From assembly GCA_963782525.1 (NCBI GenBank), contig CAWAKC010000004.1, forward strand, positions 123,410-187,409: a DNA stretch of 64,000 nucleotides, in the 5' to 3' direction. Source of the stretch: Candidatus Bathyarchaeota archaeon (GTDB lineage: Archaea; Thermoproteota; Bathyarchaeia; Bathyarchaeales; Bathycorpusculaceae). Positions 1 through 9,307 of this stretch are shown here, piece after piece (positions within the stretch are counted from its first letter, which is position 1; each line of letters opens with the position of its first letter). The position numbers and the translations under genes were made by a program. The notes beneath the pieces are model-generated. The model saw nothing but the letters and a program-made list of their open reading frames with translations, was not told the origin of the DNA and searched no databases.

Positions 1-188
1 AACCCAATGTAAATTTTCACAGTCGAATAATAAAGTTTTGCCGAGCAAACACTTATCCCAAATTAGTTACTCCCCACGTTAAGAACTGTGTAAAGTTTTT
101 AAAGCATAAAACGACTATTCAACTAGAAACAAAAATTTTGCAGGGCTCTCTTGGTTGAGAACCCAGTTTTCGGTGGTAAAAAATAAAC

Positions 189-1562
189 ATGCCCGTAAAG
201 GTAGCTTTAGTCTATCCATATTTTCATCCGGCCAACGATAATTCAATTTTTCGTTTTCCACCATTAGGTCTAGGCTACATCGCCGCAGCACTGAAAAAAC
301 ACGGAGCGGAAGTGGAGCTGGTTGACTGCACGTTTATGAAGTTTAGCGAAGCCGCCTCGAGAGTAAAGCTTGCAAAACCTCAGATTGTTGGGTTCTACTC
401 GATGTTTTCTATGAAAAAAACCACCTTAGAACTTGCTCAGACCCTGAGAAATGAAGGGTTGAAAAATTCTTTGTTTGTGGTGGGTGGTCCGTTGCCTTCT
501 TGGGCGCCTGAGGGGTTTCTGGATGTTTTCGATGTAGTTGCGGTGGGCGAGGGCGAACAAACAATGACGGATTTGGTGGATTGCGTTGATCAAGGAAACA
601 CGTTTTCGAACGTGAAGGGGCTTGTCTTCAAAAATGGCAGCCACATTATCAAAACTGGACCCCGAGAATTCATCCAAAAACTGGACAGTTTAGCTTTTCC
701 AACCCGGGACCTATTCAACAATGAAGCATACAAAAAATATTACCTCGACCACTTTGGCTACTCAATCACATCCATGATAACGTCGAGAGGTTGCCCGTTT
801 TCCTGCGATTTTTGTAGTCGACCCATTTTCGGCGGCGACATGCGAGCGCGTTCAGTAGGCAACATAGTTGATGAAGTGGAGGAAATTGCAGCTTTGGGTT
901 ATGACCGTGTTTGGTTCGCGGATGACTGTTTCACGCTGAACCGCAACCATTTGCTTGATGTCTGCAACGAAATCGTGCGTCGCGGCCTCGACGTTGGCTG
1001 GGAATGTCTCTCGCGTGTGGATACTATGGATGCTGAAGTTGCAGAGAGCATGAAACGTGCAGGTTGCATAGGAGTTTTCTTTGGGATTGAATCGGGCAAC
1101 GACTCAGTTCTGGGCATGATGAAGAAGAGAATCACAACAGCGCAGGCGAAACGGGCGGTTCATGTAGCTAAAGCTGCCGGATTAAAAGTTGGTGCCTTCT
1201 TCATCGTTGGGTATCCAGGTGAGAGCAACAAAACAGTGCTCGATACCGTGCGTTTTGCTTCGGGTCTCCCGCTTGATTATTTGTCTTTCACGATGCCTTA
1301 TCCAATTCCTGGAACCCCGCTCTATGAGAGAGTTAAGGACCATGGGGTTTCGATTGAGGATTGGGAGGAACCCAAAAACTACCGCTTAATTCGTCACAAA
1401 CTCCTCTACGCTTCGGGTTTTAGTGAGGGTAAACTTAAGTTTGCGATTGTTAAGGGGCAGGCGCAGTTTTATGGTCGGAAGTACCTTGGGAAAACGGGGT
1501 ATACTCTATTGGGTAAGTCGTTTGAGCGTTTGACGGATTATGCGTTTGAACGCATGCGGTAA
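189..1562 (+). CDS. Cobalamin-binding radical SAM protein (class B methyltransferase-like)
   Basis: N-terminal B12-binding domain (PPLGLGYIAA, VVGGP, GEGE), SRGCPFSCDFC CxxxCxxC motif, FGIESG, YPIPGTPLY. Confidence 0.9.
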   Translation: MPVKVALVYPYFHPANDNSIFRFPPLGLGYIAAALKKHGAEVELVDCTFMKFSEAASRVKLAKPQIVGFYSMFSMKKTTLELAQTLRNEGLKNSLFVVGGPLPSWAPEGFLDVFDVVAVGEGEQTMTDLVDCVDQGNTFSNVKGLVFKNGSHIIKTGPREFIQKLDSLAFPTRDLFNNEAYKKYYLDHFGYSITSMITSRGCPFSCDFCSRPIFGGDMRARSVGNIVDEVEEIAALGYDRVWFADDCFTLNRNHLLDVCNEIVRRGLDVGWECLSRVDTMDAEVAESMKRAGCIGVFFGIESGNDSVLGMMKKRITTAQAKRAVHVAKAAGLKVGAFFIVGYPGESNKTVLDTVRFASGLPLDYLSFTMPYPIPGTPLYERVKDHGVSIEDWEEPKNYRLIRHKLLYASGFSEGKLKFAIVKGQAQFYGRKYLGKTGYTLLGKSFERLTDYAFERMR

Positions 1563-1650
1563 GCCGCAGACTCGGTGGAAGGTTTTTTTAAGCATCTTTG
1601 ACCATTTCAGAAGCAACAACAACCTTAAAGCAAACCTGCAAAGTGCACCC

Positions 1651-2163
1651 ATGCAAAAATTATCCCTAATCCCAGCGTTTATCAGTTCATTGCGAATTTC
1701 AACGCTCCCCCTATTCCTCTACCTCTACAATATACAAAACGTAGTCGTATGTTTGGGTTTGCTTGCTTTTTGTGCCGCCTCAGACTATTTTGACGGTTAT
1801 TTCGCACGAAGATTAAATGCAACTTCAAGGTTCGGCGCTTACTACGATGCCACAACAGATTTCATTCTAATGTTTGGGATTTTCACATTTTTCTATACCC
1901 TTGGGTTTTATCCGATTTGGCTGTTGCTAATTATTGCTGCTGCCTTCATTCAATTTTTAGTTACCAGTTACTATGCTAAAAAACTCTACGACCCCGTGGG
2001 CAGGTACATTGGAAGTGCGCTATATATAGGCGTAGTTCTAACTCTGCTCTGGCCAACTGGAGCGGTCTTCGCGTTTGTGCAATATGCTTTTGTAGGATTC
2101 TTTTTGGTTTCGATTGCAAGTCGCATAATAAGCCTAACAAGAAAACGCACCTACCAACCCTAA
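1651..2163 (+). CDS. CDP-alcohol phosphatidyltransferase family protein
   Basis: Signature DYFDGYFARRLNATSRFGAYYDATTD and multiple TM segments. ATG at 1651 preferred over the ORF start 1540, which overlaps the upstream gene. Confidence 0.88.
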   Translation: MQKLSLIPAFISSLRISTLPLFLYLYNIQNVVVCLGLLAFCAASDYFDGYFARRLNATSRFGAYYDATTDFILMFGIFTFFYTLGFYPIWLLLIIAAAFIQFLVTSYYAKKLYDPVGRYIGSALYIGVVLTLLWPTGAVFAFVQYAFVGFFLVSIASRIISLTRKRTYQP

Positions 2164-2202
2164 ACTAATATAGCGTTTCTCCCTTAATCCTCCTTAAATT
2201 CG

Positions 2203-3231
2203 GTGCATTTATCTTTGCTTAAACAATCCTGCCATAACCAAACATGTTTGCCAGAGCTAATTCGCGTCTCATTGGGCACAGCAATCGTTCTTGGGCTTTT
2301 GGACGGTAAATTGGATGCTGAGCCGACGACGGCTTATTTGATGACTTACAGATTGGGTAAGTGTACAGCTAACTGTGGTTTTTGCCCCCAAGCCAGAGCA
2401 AGCAAAAGTAGCGCCGAAATGCTGTCTCGGGTCTCATGGCCAACCTTCCCAACACTCAACGTCTTAACAGCGCTTTCAGATTCGGCGAAAGAAGGAAGAA
2501 TCAAGCGTGTTTGCATCCAAGCACTAAACTATCCGGACGTATTTGGACACCTTGAATCGCTCGTAAAAGAAATTAAAAACCTCTCGGCGATTCCTGTTTC
2601 TGTTTCCTGCCAACCTCTTAATACCCAAAACATTGACCGTTTGAAAAAGGCTGGCGTGGACAGGTTAGGTATAGCTTTGGATGTTGCAACCGAAGCCATA
2701 TTCGTTAAAGTTAAGGGTAAAGATGCAGGCGGCTCGTATACTTGGCAGAACCAGTTCACCCAGCTAAGGGATGCAATAGCGGTTTTCGGAAAGGGCGCTG
2801 TAAGCACTCATGTAATTGTGGGGTTGGGGGAAACGGAAAAGGAAGCAGCTGAAGTTATTCAGAGGTGTGTAGCTATGGGTGTTTTGCCTGCACTTTTTGC
2901 TTTTACACCTGTCCGAGGCACAGCTTTAGAAACTCAATCGCCTCCGGAGGTTGAATCTTATCGGCGTTTGCAGCTTGCCAGATATCTAATTGTCAAGAAT
3001 ATAGCAAGATTTGAGGATATGCGATTTGACTCTGAAGGAAAAATTGTTGGGTATGCCCGTGCCAATGAATCCTTAGAGTCAATAATTGCGAGTGGCTTGC
3101 CTTTTCAGACTTCAGGCTGCCCCGACTGCAACCGCCCTTACTACAACGAAAAAGCAAGGGGGCCCATCTATAACTACCCAAAAAAGCTAAACAAAGAAGA
3201 GATTGAAAAAATAAAAAAACAACTAAGGTAA
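2203..3231 (+). CDS. lipS2: Radical SAM protein, archaeal lipoyl synthase subunit LipS2-like
   Basis: CTANCGFC radical SAM motif plus C-terminal TSGCPDCNRP, matching the LipS2 TxGCPxC(N/D)RP motif. Confidence 0.75.
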   Translation: MHLSLLKQSCHNQTCLPELIRVSLGTAIVLGLLDGKLDAEPTTAYLMTYRLGKCTANCGFCPQARASKSSAEMLSRVSWPTFPTLNVLTALSDSAKEGRIKRVCIQALNYPDVFGHLESLVKEIKNLSAIPVSVSCQPLNTQNIDRLKKAGVDRLGIALDVATEAIFVKVKGKDAGGSYTWQNQFTQLRDAIAVFGKGAVSTHVIVGLGETEKEAAEVIQRCVAMGVLPALFAFTPVRGTALETQSPPEVESYRRLQLARYLIVKNIARFEDMRFDSEGKIVGYARANESLESIIASGLPFQTSGCPDCNRPYYNEKARGPIYNYPKKLNKEEIEKIKKQLR

Positions 3232-4572
3232 AAGTTGGTCAGCCGTTTGCTCAGATGTTTTCTTGGTGGTTTTCGGCATCTTTGGCTTTTGCCGTGTAAC
3301 CTGTTCTACTAAACGCCAGAACTCATCCATGGTGTAGCCTTTGAGTAGTTCTTTCATTAGTTTTTTGACTTGGTAGTAGGTCATTTGGGCTTCGCCTTTG
3401 TCGAGGCTTTCCTGTGGACCCTTAATGCGTCTGAAGAGCTCATCCATCTGTCTTGGCGAAGCTCGGATTCCAGCTTTCTCAAGCAGTTTTTGGATAAGCG
3501 TCTGCCCTGTGTTTCTGCCGATGAAAATCATGGTTTCTCTGCCCACTATTTCTGGTGGGAAAGGCTCAAAAACCAAAGGGTTAGCCATCATTTCTTCAAC
3601 TTCTTCTTCAACTTCATGGGTGAAAATGTTTTCACCGATTATGGGTTTATGGAACTGGATTGGCAATGCAAATGCCTTTTCGGCTGCTTGTGCGATACGA
3701 TAGATTTTTCCCATATCTATGCCTGTGTCGACGTTGTAGAGCAGCTCAGCCGCGGTTACGACTTCTTCGAAAGGTGCGATGCCCGCTCGTTCTCCAAAGC
3801 CCGCGATGCAAGTATGCAGGTAAGCTACGCCTTCCTCCATAGCTGCCAAGGTGTTGGCGGAGCCTAACCCAAAGTCGTTGTGGCAGTGGATTGAGAGCGG
3901 CACTTTCTTCTTAATTGCTTCAGGCAAACCATCTCTGATATGGGAAATTAAATAGCGCATTGATAAAGGCCTTATGAAGCCTACGCTATCCGCTACGCCC
4001 AACCTTATTGCTCCGGCGTTGGCTGCAGCTTCGAAAACTTGCAATATATCTTCTAGAGGGGTTCGGGTTGCGTCCATTAGGATGAAGTTTACGGTTGTGC
4101 CGTGTTTTTTAGCGTAGTCGATGCTGTCAACGATTTTTTGCAGCGCTTGTTCTTTTGTTATCTTCAGTTTGTACTGGAGGTTTAAGCCATTGATGGGGGA
4201 TTCGATGGTGATGTCTTTGATACCGCACTCTAAGCAGGCGTTTACGCTGTTCTTTGAAGCTTCTGCTGAAGCGGTCAGCTTGGAGTAAGTGAAGGTTTCG
4301 TTGACGATGCGTTTGACGGTGCGTTTTTCGTCTTCGGATAGCGCGGGGAACCCTACGTTTATGATGGCGACGCCTGATTCGTCCATCAATTTTGCAAGCC
4401 TAACCTGCTCCACATAGGTTAAGTAAACCGTCGGCGCCTTGATGCCTTCCCGGAAAGTTTCATCCCAGATGAATACGCGGTCAGGAAGCTTAGGAGGCAA
4501 ATTCTTTCGTAACCGGTTGTAATTTGCAATTAGTCCCTGAGCTTCGAGCTTTTTGAATATGGTCTTCCTCAT
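3223..4572 (-). CDS. Isopropylmalate/homocitrate/citramalate synthase family (DRE-TIM) protein with divergent active site
   Basis: DETFREG, GFPA, ADSVG, HCHNDFGL, GFGERAG, KPIIGENIFTHE, FEPFPPEIVGR. Several catalytic positions are altered. Confidence 0.85.
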   Translation of the reverse strand: MRKTIFKKLEAQGLIANYNRLRKNLPPKLPDRVFIWDETFREGIKAPTVYLTYVEQVRLAKLMDESGVAIINVGFPALSEDEKRTVKRIVNETFTYSKLTASAEASKNSVNACLECGIKDITIESPINGLNLQYKLKITKEQALQKIVDSIDYAKKHGTTVNFILMDATRTPLEDILQVFEAAANAGAIRLGVADSVGFIRPLSMRYLISHIRDGLPEAIKKKVPLSIHCHNDFGLGSANTLAAMEEGVAYLHTCIAGFGERAGIAPFEEVVTAAELLYNVDTGIDMGKIYRIAQAAEKAFALPIQFHKPIIGENIFTHEVEEEVEEMMANPLVFEPFPPEIVGRETMIFIGRNTGQTLIQKLLEKAGIRASPRQMDELFRRIKGPQESLDKGEAQMTYYQVKKLMKELLKGYTMDEFWRLVEQVTRQKPKMPKTTKKTSEQTADQLLP

Positions 4573-4650
4573 TTAGACACAATCCAACAATACGAACTAA
4601 ATTATCATCTTTAATTTGCTAATACCTATATAAAACTGCATCTATCAAAT

Positions 4651-4867
4651 GTTTTTTAGATTTTGTTTTGTGTGGTTGTGGTAGGCTGCTGTGCTTCACA
4701 TCTTGGGTTGGTTTTTGGGTTGTGTTTTGAGTTCTGGCTGGTTTTTGTTTGCTGATGGGTTGTGGAGGGGTTTGGTTGTGGTTCACTTCTATGTTGGGTT
4801 GCATGTTGTGGGTTGTGGTGTATGCTGATGTGATTGGGTTGTGGGGATGGAAAAGATTTGGGGTTAG
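4651..4867. repeat. G/T-rich low-complexity intergenic tract with repeated GGTTGTGG
   Basis: GGTTGTGG at 4674, 4758, 4774, 4811, 4837 and GGTTGTGT at 4718. The + strand is depleted of A and C. Confidence 0.7.
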
Positions 4868-4979
4868 TATATTGATGCTTTTGAAACAAAAAGACACAGT
4901 TTCACATATTTGATTCTGAGTGGTGACGCAAAAGTCTTAAGTGCTAAAAACACAATCTAACTTCCAGAAGGGACCTTAA

Positions 4980-5195
4980 ATGAGTAGCAGCCTAAAAACC
5001 ACCATCGAAAAAATCAGAGCCTTAGAAGCTGAAAAAAAGAACCTATTAGTTGAAATTGAAAGCCTCAAAAAAATGGCGGACACAAAAGCGGCGGCTCTTG
5101 AAAACGAAGTTGGTGCACTGCGTGAAGAAGCTAAAACCCTCACGATTCTGGTAAACGGACCAGAAGCGATTGCACCGAACAAGATAAAAATCTAA
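4980..5195 (+). CDS. Small coiled-coil hypothetical protein
   Basis: 71 aa heptad-like E/K/L/A-rich ORF filling the gap, with a TATA-like TCTTAAG upstream. Confidence 0.7.
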   Translation: MSSSLKTTIEKIRALEAEKKNLLVEIESLKKMADTKAAALENEVGALREEAKTLTILVNGPEAIAPNKIKI

Positions 5196-5198
5196 ATT

Positions 5199-6059
5199 CT
5201 ATGGTTCTTTGGGCGGCGTAGGTGTTCTTTTCAGTAGATCATCGACAGTTTTACTGAGTGCATTGCATGCTGTTTGCCTTGCCTCTGTAGATGTGTCGGT
5301 TTCGAGTTTCTCCAGTTCTTTGTGTAAGCGGTCGGATTCCTCATTTAGTTCCTGTTTCTGTTTTTCGTAGTTGTCGTGGAGTTTTTCCTGTTCCGCCGTA
5401 AACGTTTGCAAGGTCACTTCTAACTCGTTTTTGGCGGCTTTAAGGTTCTGAGTGGTCTCTGTGAGTTCTTGAGCGGCTTTGCGTTTGGCGCCGAACTTGT
5501 AGAAGCTGAATTTGACTTGCTGCTGCATTGCCAGTTGGTCTTCAAGGTCTCGGATTTGGCTGCTTAAACGTTGGACTTCGCTGTTTCGTTTGTTGCTGCG
5601 TTCCCGAGTGGTCTCCGCATATTGTTTGTCGGCTTCCACTATTTTGTGGTTTACGTCGGCGAGGGCTTTCGCTTCTGAGGTTAGGTTGTTTTCTTTTATT
5701 CGGTTCTCAGCGAGTGCTGCTTCGACGTCGAGGAAAATTTGTGTGCTTGCCCTGGTAAACGCCTCATCTACTGTGATGGCTGGGTTAGATTCGAATTCTG
5801 AAACTACCTGGCGAAGCGTTACAAGCCAATCATCAAAGTACTGGCTAAACGGCGAGAGAGCAAAAATCTGTTTTCCTAATTTTCCCAAGCTGCCAATTGT
5901 CCTCTGCGCCACTTCCGCTGCTGAAAACTCTGGAGTTTCCTCCATTAGGTACTTGGCACCTGCGCGCTGCTTTTTTTCTTTGGCTTTTTTCTCGTGGGTG
6001 CTCTTGGAAAACTGTTTGCCGCTGCTTCGGCGGGAACCCGTTTGAGGTCTGAAGCTCAT
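5199..6059 (-). CDS. Coiled-coil hypothetical protein
   Basis: Long E/K/Q-rich helical ORF; likely start MSFRPQ at 6059. Confidence 0.75.
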   Translation of the reverse strand: MSFRPQTGSRRSSGKQFSKSTHEKKAKEKKQRAGAKYLMEETPEFSAAEVAQRTIGSLGKLGKQIFALSPFSQYFDDWLVTLRQVVSEFESNPAITVDEAFTRASTQIFLDVEAALAENRIKENNLTSEAKALADVNHKIVEADKQYAETTRERSNKRNSEVQRLSSQIRDLEDQLAMQQQVKFSFYKFGAKRKAAQELTETTQNLKAAKNELEVTLQTFTAEQEKLHDNYEKQKQELNEESDRLHKELEKLETDTSTEARQTACNALSKTVDDLLKRTPTPPKEP

Positions 6060-6121
6060 AAAATACCCTCTACACATAAGAAATATTTAAAGCAAATGCA
6101 AACTCCGCTAAAGAGCCGTTG

Positions 6122-7096
6122 CTATTTTTTCTTTTTTGTCGGCTCGACGGGTGCGGGTTTGCGTCTTTTAAGCGCCACAACTGAGGCGGCGATGGCTGCT
6201 GCGATGACAATTACGATTATAGCTGGGATGAGCCAGCTTGGCGTGGAGGTGTTGGTTTGGGTTTGGCTGGGCTGGGTGGTAGCTGTTGGCCCATTCGTTA
6301 GCGAGGTGGAGCCGCTTGGCGACGAAGTAGAGGATGTAGTGGGAGCAGGCGTAACCTGTGGTGCCGTTCCAGAAAGAATTGGACCAGCCACTTGAACCAG
6401 GATAACGTAGCTGGCGATTCTCTGTTCTGAAGGCACGATGCTTTGATTGTAGTCGTAGGCGCCAAACTTGAAATCTACTTTCGCCGAAGGAGCCAAAGAT
6501 GCAGATAATGGTTCAGTACCGTCATATCCACCATACGCGACGACTTTTCCCTTGGAATCATAGAAGGTTCCCAAAACCCTCACGCCTGTGGCAGTTTGTG
6601 AGCCTGTGTTCTGGACTTTGCCAGTGACCCAGTAGACACCTTTGTTGTCTGTGGTGGTGTCGATGCTGTTTTGTTGGCTTATGACTTTCACGTCTTGGTA
6701 GAGATAGTTTGTGGTGGTAGGTGCCTGCGTTACGGAGACCGCTACATTAGCTATGGAGGGAAGAACTCCGGTGGTCTGGTCTGCCTGCAAAACGAACGTC
6801 ATATAAAATGGGGCTTTCTGGTTAGGCAACATATCATTCACAAAAGCCATAGCCTGTGTCGTTTGTTGAGCCCCTGTGGTCGTGGTCATTTGAGCAGTCA
6901 AGATAACTGAAGCGAAGGTGCTGGTGCCCACATTCTCTATTTCGCCTACAACATCCAAAAACCCTGAGCTGTCAATGTACCAGGTATAATTTGTAGCTTT
7001 AATGTTTGAGGTTTGGCTGTGCGCCTCCGGAACCGTCATGAAACTGCACGCAAACAAACCTAACAGAATAACTGAGTAAATTACGGATTTTTTCAT
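6122..7096 (-). CDS. Secreted, C-terminally anchored surface protein with FxLYD-type Ig-like domains
   Basis: Signal peptide MKKSVIYSVILLGL, two VxGxIxNxG repeats, GTFYDSKGKVV, S/T/P linker, TM helix and KRRK tail. Confidence 0.8.
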   Translation of the reverse strand: MKKSVIYSVILLGLFACSFMTVPEAHSQTSNIKATNYTWYIDSSGFLDVVGEIENVGTSTFASVILTAQMTTTTGAQQTTQAMAFVNDMLPNQKAPFYMTFVLQADQTTGVLPSIANVAVSVTQAPTTTNYLYQDVKVISQQNSIDTTTDNKGVYWVTGKVQNTGSQTATGVRVLGTFYDSKGKVVAYGGYDGTEPLSASLAPSAKVDFKFGAYDYNQSIVPSEQRIASYVILVQVAGPILSGTAPQVTPAPTTSSTSSPSGSTSLTNGPTATTQPSQTQTNTSTPSWLIPAIIVIVIAAAIAASVVALKRRKPAPVEPTKKKK

Positions 7097-7261
7097 GGAA
7101 ATGCCCTCTCTATTTCTCTTAGCACAACAGAACGAGGTATGTTCTATAAAACAGTTTTTCAAAATTACCCCCCAAATGACCTCGCCGCACCAGAGCAGCG
7201 GCATCGTCTATATACGCTATTGATTTGGCGGGGACAACTCTTAAAAGCAAAATCGGCGGAT

Positions 7262-7765
7262 ATGCAATTAGATGAGTCATCCGTGACTGAAAAGTTACAT
7301 CCCTATGTAGTATTTCTTCCAAAAACAGAAAAAAAAGATAAGATACTCTCCGCCATATTCGGCAGCAAAGCTGGCGTCAACATCCTCCGCTTCTCACTTA
7401 AACAGGGCGTCGCCAAAAACATCTACCAAAAAGACCTCGTCAAAACCCTCAACTACTCAAACAAAACCATAATCGAAAACCTCAAAACCCTCACCAAACT
7501 CGGCGTCCTAAACGAATCCATGGAAAAAAACGACAAAGAAGGCCGCATCATCTGGATCAAAATCTACCAACTCACCAACCTCGGCAAATGGTTCGCGCTG
7601 CTCATAGCAGAAGAAAAAGAACTCCCCGACACAGAAAAAGCCGAAATCCTCCAAAGCCTATTCCGCACCTACGTCAAGCAGGTGAAGCGTTTGGCTGAGG
7701 AAATTGGAATAAACAAGAAAATGCTCGAGGAAACATTCAGGGAAGAAATGAAAAGTAGTCAATAA
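7262..7765 (+). CDS. Winged-helix DNA-binding protein
   Basis: IYQKDLVKTLNYSNKTIIENLKTLTKLGVL HTH followed by wing YQLTNLGK. Confidence 0.75.
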   Translation: MQLDESSVTEKLHPYVVFLPKTEKKDKILSAIFGSKAGVNILRFSLKQGVAKNIYQKDLVKTLNYSNKTIIENLKTLTKLGVLNESMEKNDKEGRIIWIKIYQLTNLGKWFALLIAEEKELPDTEKAEILQSLFRTYVKQVKRLAEEIGINKKMLEETFREEMKSSQ

Positions 7766-7780
7766 GAACGATGTAAAAAA

Positions 7781-8023
7781 ATGAAAAAAATTAGAGTTAA
7801 CTGATTCCGAAGGCAGACTTACTCTGCCCATAGAAATAAAAAAAAACTTGGCGAAAACCTCACTCTAACAAAGACGCCAGAAGGCTACTTACTCACAAGC
7901 AAAGGATATGTCGCTAACGAAGAAATCCAAAAAATAATACGCTCTAAGCACCGTAGAACAGGCAAACCCAAACTCGCAACTCCCAAGGAAATAAAATCCA
8001 TTTGGAAAACAACCGTGGAATAA
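7781..8023 (+). pseudogene. AbrB/MazE/VapB-like antitoxin gene with two frameshifts in A-runs
   Basis: ATG7781 MKK, then a shifted frame LELTDSEGRLTLPIEIKK, then the original frame KLGENLTLTKTPEGYLL...ATPKEIKSIWKTTVE*. Shifts fall at A7 (7784-7790) and A9 (7838-7846). Confidence 0.6.
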
Positions 8024-8125
8024 CCTGAAAAACACCATCCTACCCTACAAAGACCCAATAACCCAAAAGACCCTTCCGCACCGTTGAAAAACGGTGCCTA
8101 AAACAAAAAAGAAAGAAAAAGAAGT

Positions 8126-9307
8126 TTATTCTTCTTCTGAGGGTAGCCCGATTTTACGCAGGTAGTCTTTGGCGTATTTTGGGTTGTAGGCTAACAGTTC
8201 CTTGCTGCGTAGGAGTCTGCGTTCGAGGCGGACCAGTGCGACGCGGAAGGTAGGTTCGACGCCCCAGCCTTCGCTTGCTGCGAAGAATGTGCCCCGGACC
8301 GTGCGGAACTGCAATCGGCAATGGACGAGTGGAGTGTCGCGGACTCCGTTGTCTCCATGGCTTTTCATGTACACGAATAGTGTGCCTAATTGGAATGCTT
8401 CTTGGAATCGGTGGGAGAATGAATCGAATTCATTCATCATGAATGCTTGCTGGTCTTCTGTGACGTCTACGCCTTTGGTGCTGAACTGGATGGTTAATTT
8501 GCGTGCGGGTGCTGCTACCTGGGAGATCTGTTCTAGGAAGTCAAGCTTTGTAACCACTCCAACCAAGCGGTCTGCAGTCACGACGCATAAACATGACACA
8601 TCGCGGTCATGCATTTGTTTTTCAGCGTCTTTGAGGCTGGTTTTGGCGTCGACGGTGATTGCGGGAGAAGCCATTATGCCTTTTACTGCGATTCCGAGGG
8701 TTTCAAGTTTTTCGCCGACGATATCGCCTGTGGTTTGGCGTCGCTGCGGCCAGTAAATGCTTCTTAAAATATCCTCAATGCTTACCATGCCCGCAAGCTT
8801 GCCGCTTTCCAGGACGGGAACATGCGAGATGCCGAATTCACGCATCAACCCTAAAACTGCGCCGACACTGCGCCCCGCCTCGATTGTGTGAGGCGCCCTT
8901 GTCATAACTTTTTCAACTGTAGTGCGCCCCCAGTCATCGCCGACAGCGCCATGAATCACGTCTTCATCAGTAACAAATCCGAGTAACTTGCCTTTTTCGA
9001 ACAACGGTAGCTGACGCATACCGCTTCCAATCATGAGTTTCGCCAGTTCCCCCAACGAAACTTCTGGCTCAACTGGTGGTGCAACCTGCATAAGCGAACG
9101 AACTTTCGCTACAGTGAAATCAAGTCGTGAACGCAAAATTGCGCGGCGAGTTATCATCCCTACATACTTTCCTTTCTCATCCAAAACAGCCATCACTGGC
9201 GGCATACCTTTCTTGAAGCCTTCTAGGCATCTGGAGAGTGTATCGTTGTCTTGTACAAAATTTAGTCCTTTAGAATATACATCCCTGGCAGTAACAGATG
9301 TGCTCAT
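8126..9307 (-). CDS. Four-CBS-domain protein with C-terminal HPF/RaiA-like domain (candidate ribosome hibernation factor)
   Basis: Four CBS repeats (VGMITRR, LGFVTDED, AGMVSIED, VGVVTKLD), then about 110 aa with a beta-alpha-beta-beta-beta-alpha pattern ending ALVRLERRLLRSKE. Confidence 0.75.
   Translation of the reverse strand: MSTSVTARDVYSKGLNFVQDNDTLSRCLEGFKKGMPPVMAVLDEKGKYVGMITRRAILRSRLDFTVAKVRSLMQVAPPVEPEVSLGELAKLMIGSGMRQLPLFEKGKLLGFVTDEDVIHGAVGDDWGRTTVEKVMTRAPHTIEAGRSVGAVLGLMREFGISHVPVLESGKLAGMVSIEDILRSIYWPQRRQTTGDIVGEKLETLGIAVKGIMASPAITVDAKTSLKDAEKQMHDRDVSCLCVVTADRLVGVVTKLDFLEQISQVAAPARKLTIQFSTKGVDVTEDQQAFMMNEFDSFSHRFQEAFQLGTLFVYMKSHGDNGVRDTPLVHCRLQFRTVRGTFFAASEGWGVEPTFRVALVRLERRLLRSKELLAYNPKYAKDYLRKIGLPSEEE

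Noticed and set aside
4651-4867. CRISPR array or replication origin
   Set aside because: Repeats are only 8 nt and irregularly spaced; no cas or cdc6/orc1 gene and no clear ORB
4619-4897. ORFs 4619-4897 and 4656-4889 (-)
   Set aside because: Q/P/T/N/K-rich by-products of the G/T-skewed tract; two overlapping frames are open for compositional reasons
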